From Naegleria gruberi (Eukaryota), in assembly GCA_000004985.1 (NCBI GenBank), contig GG738907.1: DNA of 64,000 bases; one strand, 5' to 3'. Both the position numbers and the translations under genes were made by a program. The number at the start of each line of letters is the position of its first letter. Positions within the stretch are counted from its first letter, which is position 1. This document shows positions 22,448 through 31,569 of this stretch, piece by piece. The notes beneath the pieces are model-generated. The model was not told the origin of the DNA and did not search any database. It saw only the letters and a program-made list of their open reading frames with translations.

Positions 22448-22628
22448 ATGAAATTATGGGAATTAGAGTCCTTTTTGCAGGATCACATTCAAAACTTCCA
22501 AAAACCGAAAATTAAATTGGAGCAATACATAACAACTCCACACTTGGCCTCTCATACATTGTACACTGCTCAATTTTCTTTTGATGATATTGAAGGAAAG
22601 GAAGTTTTGGATTTGGGAATCGGAACAG
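22448..22628 (+). CDS. METTL5-like rRNA N6-adenine methyltransferase, exon 1
   Basis: Encodes MKLWELESFLQDHIQNFQKPKIKLEQYITTPHLASHTLYTAQFSFDDIEGKEVLDLGIGTG, close to the METTL5 N-terminus. Donor GTAATT. Confidence 0.8.
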
Positions 22629-22676
22629 GTAATTTATCAAAATTTAAATTAATCATCAATTTGTGATGATGAAAAG

Positions 22677-23059
22677 GAATGCTTGGATTGGGAGCTTGTT
22701 TACTTGAAGCAAAACATGTGACTGGAGTTGATATTGATGAAGATGCATTGAATATTTGTCGTGAAAATGTTAAAAGTATTATTGATGATGTTGATGAAGA
22801 AATGGCTCAACATTTTACTTATCGTCTTGATCTAATTCAAAGTGATGTTTTGCAATTTGAAAGAATGATAAAGAATAGAGCTCAGAAATTAAAGGACAAG
22901 TATAAAAAAATTGAGGATGGATATAGATTATTCGATACTGTATTATTAAATCCACCTTTTGGAACAAGAATTAAGGGTGCTGATATGATGTTTTTGAAAG
23001 TGGCGTCTGAGTTGACAAGAAATGCTGTCTACAGTCTTCATAAAACAAGTACAAGAGAT
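22677..23059 (+). CDS. METTL5-like methyltransferase, exon 2
   Basis: Contains GVDIDEDAL, the NPPFGT catalytic motif and AVYSLHKTSTRD. Donor GTAAGT. Confidence 0.8.
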
Positions 23060-23126
23060 GTAAGTAATCACAAGTGAGATATTTCAATTAATTTTGATTT
23101 ATTATGTCAATGTCAATGAATAATAG

Positions 23127-23273
<147 letters not shown>

Positions 23274-23502
23274 GGTAACATTGTGTCTACCCTTCTGGAA
23301 CTATTCCAATAAACAACATTAAATTATTATCTTTTAAATTTCCTTTTAAATTAATTCCAATAATTATTTAATTATTTTACACTAAAATACAATTTATTAC
23401 ACTTAGCGGGGGTGTGTAAATGTAATATAATCAATGATGACTAGTTATGATATTGTTTTTTGTGATCTTTCATCACCATCAATCATTTTCACATTCACAA
23501 AA

Positions 23503-24402
23503 TTATTGTTGAGCACCTGTTGATTGAGTAGTAACAGTATTAGCAGTATTTCTTGGTTGTCCTCTTCCTCCTCTATTTCCACCACGTCCACCTCTTCCTC
23601 TACCTCTTCCACGAGGTCTGCTCATACCTCTTTGAGCAGCACCACCAGTTTGTGCAGCACCTGAAGTTTGAGCAGTACCACCAGTTTGTTGTTGTTGTTG
23701 AGCAGTTTCAGGATTTCTTTGACGTGGTTGACGAGTAGTAGCAGTGGTAGTAGTAGTTGCTGTTGTAGTAGTAGTTGCTTCTCCACCAGTTTGTTGTTGT
23801 TGTTGTTGTTTACGAGTAGCACCACTTCTGAATCTTCTTCTTCTCTTTCCAGCAGCAGCACCTTCACCTCCAGCACCAACAGGAACCTTCTTAGTAGAGA
23901 TGATTTGTGGAGCAGTGACTTGATCAGCTGGAATTGGTGGTTGATAACCCAAGTCAGAAGTATCCAAAGCCTTCTTTGACAATTTAATAACAATAGAACT
24001 GACAGTACGCTTCTTGGTAACAACATCCATACCTTCTTCCTTTGGTTCGTATTGATCTTCAATTTCTTGTGATTCGATGGAAGTAATTTGATGCAAGCCA
24101 GCAACTCTTCTCTTCAAAACCTCAGCAATGGTAACAGCCTTTTGAATAGCCTTGCCCATAGCCTTCAATACAACAGTATCGAATGGTTCGGATGGAGTTT
24201 GGACATCTTTTTCTTCCTTTTGCAAGAGAGTTGGATCTAACAAACCAACAGCATAGGAAATGTAATTTCTACTTCTACCTTGAGCGGTAATTCTAATTTC
24301 ATTCTTTTGAATTTCATTGTTGTTGTTATTGGAAACACCACTACCACCAGTAGCACTTGAAGCCTTGTTGCCAACCTTCTTATAGACGTTTGATGAGGAC
24401 AT
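23503..24402 (-). CDS. Alba-like nucleic-acid-binding protein with RGG/Q-rich C-terminus
   Basis: Alba fold blocks (NEIRITAQGRSRNYISYAVGLL...VVLKAMGKAIQKAVTIAEVLKRR) and a C-terminal RGRGRGRGGRGGNRGGRG tail. Confidence 0.75.
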   Translation of the reverse strand: MSSSNVYKKVGNKASSATGGSGVSNNNNNEIQKNEIRITAQGRSRNYISYAVGLLDPTLLQKEEKDVQTPSEPFDTVVLKAMGKAIQKAVTIAEVLKRRVAGLHQITSIESQEIEDQYEPKEEGMDVVTKKRTVSSIVIKLSKKALDTSDLGYQPPIPADQVTAPQIISTKKVPVGAGGEGAAAGKRRRRFRSGATRKQQQQQQTGGEATTTTTATTTTTATTRQPRQRNPETAQQQQQTGGTAQTSGAAQTGGAAQRGMSRPRGRGRGRGGRGGNRGGRGQPRNTANTVTTQSTGAQQ

Positions 24403-24751
24403 TGGTCACTTTGTATTATATTATTGATATATTTTTTTCACACACCTGTTTGTATTAAAAATAGATTGATCGGAATATTTATTACAAAGTTTCAAAAGCA
24501 CAACTGTTGTTTATTCCGATTTTATTATTTTAACAAGAAGAATTAATGTTTTATTAGAAGAAATATGTAGGTGAATGAAGAAATGAATAATTAGATGACT
24601 TTCTCTGCAATCTTGTTATTCAACTTGTCAATCTTGAATAATTTCTCTCAAGAAGGGAATTGAAAAATAAATTACAGACATACCTATTCATCTATTAAGT
24701 GATATTGAACTGTGAGAGTTAAGAGTTCAGTTGAACTTTATATAAAAAAAA

Positions 24752-25558
24752 ATGAACAACATTGTTACGAGAATCCTTCTTCTCTATCACATCATCTTCT
24801 TTTCATATCTTATCTCTCTATCAATACAACAAACAATGATATCGATTGAACCGAGACAGAATTATGCTCTTTCATCAAAGGCCTTTCGATACGGATACTT
24901 TTATATGAGTTATGAAAAATTGGCATCCTCACAGGCTGGATTTAGAGTTTCCAAGAATGTAAACAATCCCACTTCGTTGAATTTGGATTATTTACCAACA
25001 GGTGATGGATACAATTCAAATTTTGATGATAGCACGGCTGTTGTTAGCTCTATAATCAAGTTGATACAATTTTCAAATCCGATTGATTATTATTTTGTCC
25101 TGTTTAATCCATCATTGAGTGAGACTAGTAATGTGACGATTCATTCAAAAATTGTGGAGACCTATAGACCTTTTTCATTGTCGAGCATGTATTTTACGTA
25201 TTTGCAAAAAGGAGAAATTGAAAAGACATCATGTCCTTCAACTATTTCTCCGTGCATTGATATTACTAATTCAAAGTTTTATATTTCTGTTAATCCATCT
25301 GATATTTCATCAGCTCAGTACAAGAATAATTATCCAGTTAATTTGGAAATTTATGTGCAATATTCAGCAAGTGCTGTTAATTCAAATGGTGAATTGATTT
25401 TAGATGCCACTTCACCTTTTACCACTATCTCTTTGAAATCATCACAAGATTCTGCATCTATCACTGTACCAGTTCCACAAGGAGTTTTACAAGTTACAAA
25501 TGCAAAAGATGTAAAGCCGTACTTGTGGTTTAAATGTTTAGATGCTAATTATATGTAG
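24752..25558 (+). CDS. transmembrane Ser/Thr protein kinase, extracellular domain (signal peptide plus ~240 aa)
   Basis: Signal peptide plus an ectodomain ORF ending at TAG 25556-25558, immediately before a TM segment encoded in the +1 frame. Confidence 0.55.
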   Translation: MNNIVTRILLLYHIIFFSYLISLSIQQTMISIEPRQNYALSSKAFRYGYFYMSYEKLASSQAGFRVSKNVNNPTSLNLDYLPTGDGYNSNFDDSTAVVSSIIKLIQFSNPIDYYFVLFNPSLSETSNVTIHSKIVETYRPFSLSSMYFTYLQKGEIEKTSCPSTISPCIDITNSKFYISVNPSDISSAQYKNNYPVNLEIYVQYSASAVNSNGELILDATSPFTTISLKSSQDSASITVPVPQGVLQVTNAKDVKPYLWFKCLDANYM

Positions 25559-25560
25559 AG

Positions 25561-26544
25561 GCACCATGTTCTTTCGGATATACCATTACTAATACTCCTG
25601 CCACTGATTCGTCTAATTCATCAGCTGTTATTGGAATTATTGTTGGCATTGTAGCTGCCTTAATAGTATTGATTGTAATTCTCATTCTAATAGTTTTTGC
25701 TTTCTTTATGTATAGAGTTAAGAAGGCCAAGATTGGAAATAAGAAAGTTACAGATCCAAACGCAAACAATCATCAAACATTACAGCCTATTCAGCAAGTT
25801 GATCCTATAATTCAAAATAGACCTGTTATTAATATTGATTCAATTCCATCATACAAGTCAGATAATAGGTCAGATAATGGAGCACCCATTGCCTCCTATG
25901 TTCCTCTATCTAATACGGATTCGAAAACCTCAACCTTAACTGGACTCACCAATAGTTTCAATTCACCAATGGATTCAACACCAACCCCCACTCAGCCTCA
26001 AAGTGAACAAGGTGATTTATTGAATATGAGATACAAACCTATTGAAAAGATTGGAAATGGATCTTTTGGAATTTGTTTCCTTTGTCAAGACACAAAGAGA
26101 AATAATCAGCTAGTCGCTATTAAGGGGATTAATTTAGAAAGCAACGATCAAGAGAAGATTATTTCAGAACTTTCAAAATCGGCTACCATTCAACACCAAA
26201 GAATTGTGGAAGTTTATGAATTCTTTGTTTCCAAACAAATGAATGCATTCTGTCTTGTGATGAAATATTATAGTGGAGATTTGGAAAGATGTGTGTTGAA
26301 ATATGGAAAAATAATGCCAGAAATTGTTGTCATTCAGCTTTTGAAACAATTAGGAGAAGGTTTCGATTATCTTCACAGAGTAAAGCAAGTAGTTCATAGA
26401 GATGTGAAACCGAGAAATATATTTGTAAATAATTTTGATGAGCTGAATAATCAAATATCAGTTGTTATTGGAGATTTGGGTGAATCCAAAGAACTGTTTG
26501 TTCAAGAAAACACGATGAGAGGTACAGTTCTTTACATGGCTCCA
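25561..26544 (+). CDS. transmembrane Ser/Thr protein kinase, TM plus kinase domain exon
   Basis: TM segment (IIGIIVGIVAALIVLIVILILIVFAFF) followed by kinase motifs GNGSFG, VAIK, HRDVKPRNIF, DLGES and MAP. Donor GTAAGT at 26545. Confidence 0.7.
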
Positions 26545-26589
26545 GTAAGTATATTCTTAATTGATTTACATATTAAGCAATTTGTTTAG

Positions 26590-26871
26590 GAAGTATTTAT
26601 TGGAAAGTATGGATTCCCTGCTGATATTTTCTCATTGGGTGTCAGTCTTTATCATGTCATGGTTGGAATGAAAAACCTAAATGTGCCAATTGGTCAGCAA
26701 ATGCTAGCCAGCTCTGAACAGGAAATTAGTTCCAGAATGAGGGAAGAAATGCTGAAATTAGGATACAGTGATAAGCTTGTTGATTTTGTAATCTCCATGA
26801 TTCGTGTTAATCCTAATGATAGACCAACAGCAGAGCAAGTCAAAGCATTCACACCACTCGATTTGGCGTAA
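26590..26871 (+). CDS. transmembrane Ser/Thr protein kinase, last exon
   Basis: Acceptor TTTAG. Splicing restores the APE motif (MAP|EVFIGKYGFPADIFSLG) and subdomains IX-XI. Confidence 0.7.
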   Translation, partial: EVFIGKYGFPADIFSLGVSLYHVMVGMKNLNVPIGQQMLASSEQEISSRMREEMLKLGYSDKLVDFVISMIRVNPNDRPTAEQVKAFTPLDLA

Positions 26872-26946
26872 TGAAATGCAACAACAAGGATAGTTTTAAA
26901 TTATTTCAAATTTTTATTTCTGAAAAAAATTGAATCTTAGGTGATT

Positions 26947-28347
26947 TTACAAAACAGCAATCTTACCAACAAGAACTGCTGAATTGGTTGGTTCGTGGTG
27001 CAAAATAAAAGCAAATGGTCTATCCAAAACAAAATTAGAATCATCTTGTTCTCTTTCTTCAACAAGTTTGGCATTTTCTGGTGTGATTTCACCTTCAACA
27101 GTTCCTAATTCACTGAATTCAATAACAGTCTTGTGGAAAAACTCGTTTAATCTCCAGAATTCAGGGACTGTTGTTTCAGTTTGAGTTGGTGGTACTTCAA
27201 CAGGAGCAGTTTCATTGGTTTGAGTAGAGTTGACCTTCTTCTTCTTTGGTTCAACCTTTGGGAACAAGGAAGGTGCAGAAAATGTCTTGGCTCTCAATAA
27301 TCCAGAAATCTTGGACTTGGATTCAACTCTGAATTTTGGAATTGAAATCTTCTTGAAAAACTTTTCCTTAGTTGGGAATGAGCATGAAATACATCCAGAA
27401 TCCAATTGACGATTAACAAATCTATTAAATCTTTCTTCAGAATCACCATAAAGACTGAGAGCATCCTTTGGAACAATGAAAAGCATAGAATATGGAGCAT
27501 CCTTATATTTCAACTTGATCCATTGGAAGTTCTTTTGTTCTCCATGTTCAAATGATGAATTGTGTTGATTCATCATTTCAATTTCAATATATTCCACAAC
27601 ATCTTCATCAGCAGAGGAAATTACTCTGAACAATTCAATAGAAGTATCATTCAAATCGAATGGCTTTTCCCATTTTCCAACAAATAAACCAGTATCAGCA
27701 TAGATAGCTTGAGTAGCATTAGTAATAAAACCAGTTCCAATAAATGCAGTTGTTGTTTCATTATTCTTTTCAGAAATAATTCTATTCATCATCTTTCTAC
27801 TCTCATTAGCAGCTTCATCAGTTGTAAAATTACATGATTGAATAAGAAGATTCTTCATATAGAGATTATCCTTCTTAAAACCAGTCTTGGCAAGGAATTC
27901 CTCAGAGGCAAACAATGCAGGAGTCAAAATCAAACGTGCCTTTTCATCATTTAACATGTCAGTTTCATGTGAAAATTCAACAATTGATTGCATTGAATTC
28001 TTCAATTCACCCAAATTAAACTTGCTCAACAAGGTAGTCAATTCTCCTCTCTTTGGATCATCTTTTTCACATGCTTCCAAAATAACAGACAATGAATAAC
28101 CAAGTGAAATCGGAGAAAACATTACATTTTGAAAATGATCCATGATTGAATTGGTTATTAAATTACGCATAATTTTACCAGAAAGTTTAACATTTTCACT
28201 TCCAATTATTCTAGTTGGAGTTTCTAGATTTTCCACAATTGGAATGTTTGATTGTAAATTAATGTCAGCTTGAGATTTGATGCCAACAATTATACAACAA
28301 CAACATAGGAGGAAAAATGAGAGTTTGAGAGTAAATGATGTTGCCAT
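26947..28347 (-). CDS. serpin (serine protease inhibitor), secreted
   Basis: 466-aa ORF with a signal peptide and a reactive-centre-loop region, ending in the serpin signature FVLDRPFAFILHHEPTNSAVLVGKI. Confidence 0.8.
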   Translation of the reverse strand: MATSFTLKLSFFLLCCCCIIVGIKSQADINLQSNIPIVENLETPTRIIGSENVKLSGKIMRNLITNSIMDHFQNVMFSPISLGYSLSVILEACEKDDPKRGELTTLLSKFNLGELKNSMQSIVEFSHETDMLNDEKARLILTPALFASEEFLAKTGFKKDNLYMKNLLIQSCNFTTDEAANESRKMMNRIISEKNNETTTAFIGTGFITNATQAIYADTGLFVGKWEKPFDLNDTSIELFRVISSADEDVVEYIEIEMMNQHNSSFEHGEQKNFQWIKLKYKDAPYSMLFIVPKDALSLYGDSEERFNRFVNRQLDSGCISCSFPTKEKFFKKISIPKFRVESKSKISGLLRAKTFSAPSLFPKVEPKKKKVNSTQTNETAPVEVPPTQTETTVPEFWRLNEFFHKTVIEFSELGTVEGEITPENAKLVEEREQDDSNFVLDRPFAFILHHEPTNSAVLVGKIAVL

Positions 28348-28534
28348 TTTTTTTCGTAATCTTGTTAAAATTGATTCCGAATCATCATCTTTTTGATTAC
28401 ATCAAGTCACTAATCAAATTTCAATACCCATTAATTGGAAACAAAGTAAGATATTGTAGATACTTATCAACTACAATACTATATTAAACATTGACTGATA
28501 TGTTATGACAAATTTATTCAAAACATTAATGTAA

Positions 28535-28617
28535 CCGATGATAGCTCAGCTGGTAGAGCATGGGACTGTAGCAAGAAAAACTGTCATCCTGTGGCGGTTC
28601 GATTCCGTCTCATCGGA
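28535..28617 (+). tRNA. tRNA-Tyr(GUA)-like gene with ~10-14 nt intron; anticodon-arm/variable-loop geometry irregular
   Basis: Acceptor CCGATGA/TCATCGG, D-arm GCTCAGCTGGTAGAGC, anticodon loop CTGTAG followed by extra sequence, and T-arm GGCGGTTCGATTCCGTC. A downstream T-run is present. Closely resembles eukaryotic pre-tRNA-Tyr. Confidence 0.65.
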
Positions 28618-28643
28618 TCTTTTTAATGTTTTTGGTAATTTTC

Positions 28644-29135
28644 CTATTCCATTTTATTCTCTTCAGAGTTTCCAATAAGCAGAAATCCAATTCTAAAGAA
28701 CATGCAAATGAAAGTGAGTGGAATTTGCAATCCCAAACTTGTAAATAAGGCTCCCTCCGTTATTAAAACACAAGAAACATGCAAAAAGTCTCCAATCAAT
28801 AACATTCGCATAGTAACCTTAAACAAATGACAATTTGACCATTTTTTATCTTCTTGACTCTGTCTCAATTGATCACAACCACACAGGAGAAGATAATGAA
28901 TACCACCAAATGCTATCATCAACATTCCGATAAATCTCATCAGAAATGAAGTGCCAACCCGGATTGATGAATCTTTCAATACTTGCTCTAATAATTGTTG
29001 GTTGACAAAGGAATTTAATAAGAGTGGATTGGTTGGGAATAGGAAGAGTAATAGTCCGAAGAAAACTTCGAACAGGAAGGGTTCGGTCCAGATGAACATG
29101 ATAAACCACTTCATAAACAAACTATCTTTGGCCAT
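28644..29135 (-). CDS. small multi-pass membrane protein, function unknown
   Basis: 163-aa ORF with ~4 hydrophobic segments and an AAAAAAATGGCC start context. Confidence 0.5.
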   Translation of the reverse strand: MAKDSLFMKWFIMFIWTEPFLFEVFFGLLLFLFPTNPLLLNSFVNQQLLEQVLKDSSIRVGTSFLMRFIGMLMIAFGGIHYLLLCGCDQLRQSQEDKKWSNCHLFKVTMRMLLIGDFLHVSCVLITEGALFTSLGLQIPLTFICMFFRIGFLLIGNSEENKME

Positions 29136-29207
29136 TTTTTTAATTTATTAGAATAATAAAAATTAATATTATAATATTGTAATATTAAATATTTAAATTA
29201 CAAAAAA

Positions 29208-29528
29208 ATGAGTAAACGAGCAAGGCTTTATAATTTAGTAAATCATGATGATGATTTATCCACCTGCTCATCAAAAAACAATTATTATTATTCGGAGGAG
29301 AATCAATTGGATAGTAGATGTGTAAATTATTCATTAGATATTGGTAATGCATCGGAAGAGGAGTGTGATGGTAGTGCTACTGAAGATGATCACAATCCAT
29401 ATTTGGATAGTGATGATAATGAACAGGAGGAGGAGGAACAAGATTTGGAATATGACATTCCGTTAGCTTTAAGATGTGATATTCATATTTGTCAGGAAGA
29501 GGAGAAGAAACATTTGAATCATCATTGA
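29208..29528 (+). CDS. acidic N-terminal region, probably the 5' part of the Cys-rich repeat protein (joined via a frameshift) or an upstream ORF
   Basis: Strong AAAAAAATG start. The ORF overlaps the next one by 40 nt in another frame, and no GT-AG intron can join them. Confidence 0.35.
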   Translation: MSKRARLYNLVNHDDDLSTCSSKNNYYYSEENQLDSRCVNYSLDIGNASEEECDGSATEDDHNPYLDSDDNEQEEEEQDLEYDIPLALRCDIHICQEEEKKHLNHH

Positions 29529-30766
29529 AAAAACAGAAATTTAATCATAACAATTCTACTCTAAATATTTCAATTGATCATTTTAATAATAATTGCACTG
29601 ATCACTTTAGTGACAGTAGTGATAATTCAATTAATATAGAGGAGATTCAATATTCATATTTTAAGAAAACAGGAATTTATTTGAAAGAGACTAGACCTAG
29701 ACTGTATGCCATAAAACTTGGATCAATAATTGTAATGGAAAAAATTAATGGAAAACTTTATAATTGTGAGGAGAATTATATGGTGGCAAAAATTGGATCG
29801 ACAGAACAATTGAATGATAAAAGGATAGACAAATTAATTGGTGGATTAGATACTTTGGGTCTTGGCCCTGAGCTTATTGACACTAAAATTATTTTCCCAA
29901 AAGGCATATCTTTAGCAAAATGGGAAGGTGATTGGAGGAGAGAATTAGCTCTATACACATTCTCAAAAGAAGATATGTTAGAATTAGGATTGAATGATCG
30001 TCTTGGTCCTTCTGAATATATATTAACCTATAGAGATATCAATACTGATGTAACTATTCAGAAACCCAAAAGAGAATTACATTTATTCAAGTCAACTCAA
30101 CAGGGGAAAATTTTATGGAAAACTACAAAAAACAATCGACACCACAGAAGCAAATTGGTAGAACCTGAACGATCATGCTCTCAATGCAATGAACTAGTGC
30201 CCAATAGTCATTTAGTTAGATGTCACTCATGCTGCCAAACATTGTGCAATAAGTGCTGTCTTCAATGTGATTGTTGTGATAATTTTTTCTGCATTAATTC
30301 ATCATGCAGTACCAAATGCGACATATGTGATATTTTGTATTGTAGTAATTGTGTTCCAAAATGTGAAGTATGCCATGAATTTTGCTGCTCTGAACACTGT
30401 TCAAACATTCTACCATGTGAATGCGGATATATTTGCAAAGATTGTGATGTGAAAAAACCAAAATACTGTCAAGAATGTCAAATTCCACTCTGTTCCAAAT
30501 GCTCAGTAAGATGTAGTGGATGTAAGGCTCTAGGATGTAAGGATTGTATAGCTAAATGCTCAAAATGTTTGGAAAGATTCTGCCCCAACTGTGGTATTGA
30601 ATCCTGTTACATTTGTGGAAGGGAAGTTTGTAAACACAATTGTTCTGAAATGATTTCAGAATGTCATTCTTGTGGTAATGAATGTTGCCATGATTGCACA
30701 AGCAAATACATCAAAAAGACACGATCCAATAAGATGGAAAGAACATGTACTGAATGTAAAAGCTAG
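29489..30766 (+). CDS. cysteine-rich protein with ~9 tandem CxxC...CxxC repeats, function unknown
   Basis: 425-aa ORF. The C-terminal ~200 aa is a dense array of C-x2-C pairs (CSQC...CHSCC...CNKCC...CDIC...CSNC...CEVC...CKDC...CQEC...CSKC...CSGC...CKDC...CSKC...CPNC...CYIC...CHSC...CHDC...CTEC). Confidence 0.6.
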   Translation: MSGRGEETFESSLKKQKFNHNNSTLNISIDHFNNNCTDHFSDSSDNSINIEEIQYSYFKKTGIYLKETRPRLYAIKLGSIIVMEKINGKLYNCEENYMVAKIGSTEQLNDKRIDKLIGGLDTLGLGPELIDTKIIFPKGISLAKWEGDWRRELALYTFSKEDMLELGLNDRLGPSEYILTYRDINTDVTIQKPKRELHLFKSTQQGKILWKTTKNNRHHRSKLVEPERSCSQCNELVPNSHLVRCHSCCQTLCNKCCLQCDCCDNFFCINSSCSTKCDICDILYCSNCVPKCEVCHEFCCSEHCSNILPCECGYICKDCDVKKPKYCQECQIPLCSKCSVRCSGCKALGCKDCIAKCSKCLERFCPNCGIESCYICGREVCKHNCSEMISECHSCGNECCHDCTSKYIKKTRSNKMERTCTECKS

Positions 30767-31344
30767 GATCTGTATTTAACTAGAGTGAGCCTTTCGCACT
30801 CTCTGATACCAAGATATGTTTTACAACTAACTGTACATGGGAATATATTAGGGTCATTCCTCCAACCAAATAGCTCAGCTCCAAGTTACTGCTTTCAATT
30901 TGCCTACCACAGCATTGTTTTACAACAATCATATAAGGTGTTACTATTATTCATGTAAGTGCAACAATTCAGTTCATTGGATGGACCATTCACACTACCT
31001 ACCGGAGTAGATGGCATAAGAAATGCAATTGAATTTTGATTGGAGGAGGATCAGGTTGCCACTATGTTGAAACCTCATCCACCACCTAACCAAGAAGAGG
31101 TGCATACAGGGGAGAATACGTTTCCACTTTGAAAAAAACATTCAACAGGAAAATCTGCACCTGTCGCTCTATTTCATCACCATTTTTGCCTGGCAGGAGA
31201 TTTTTTAAAGCAAGGCACCATCATCCTCTATGATGAGAGTAGAGAGAATTGTCAACAAAGATAATATCAATCAATTAATAATAACATCAATACACACGAA
31301 TAACAATTACTAGTATATTCAAACAATTTTGAGAGATTTGAAAA

Positions 31345-31515
31345 ATGTTTGGAACAAAAACAAAGGAGGAGGAAGAACAAGGTAGTAGTAGCATTACGAG
31401 CAAATTGTCATCATTGGCTAAAAAGATAAAGAAGAATGCTCTGTATAGAAAGTTGGTACCCAAGATACCAATGAGAGAAGAATTAAAATTGAGTGCGTGG
31501 GATAAATTCATCAAG
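31345..31515 (+). CDS. mcln: mucolipin (TRPML) cation channel, exon 1
   Basis: Encodes MFGTK...REELKLSAWDKFIK. Donor GTTTGT. Confidence 0.75.
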
Positions 31516-31569
31516 GTTTGTACTTATTTCATAGTATTGTATTTATTGTATTTGAAATGCATTTCATAG

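Noticed and set aside
23553-24104. ORFs 23553..23738 +, 23622..24104 - and 23668..23979 + inside the Alba-like gene
   Set aside because: They are frame-shifted or antisense translations of the Q/T/RGG low-complexity coding region.
30770-31340. GC-richer ORF-free spacer between the Cys-rich gene and mucolipin, considered as a possible ncRNA
   Set aside because: Only short local hairpins were seen and there are no conserved RNA motifs. Upstream region and UTRs of the mucolipin gene are the likelier explanation.
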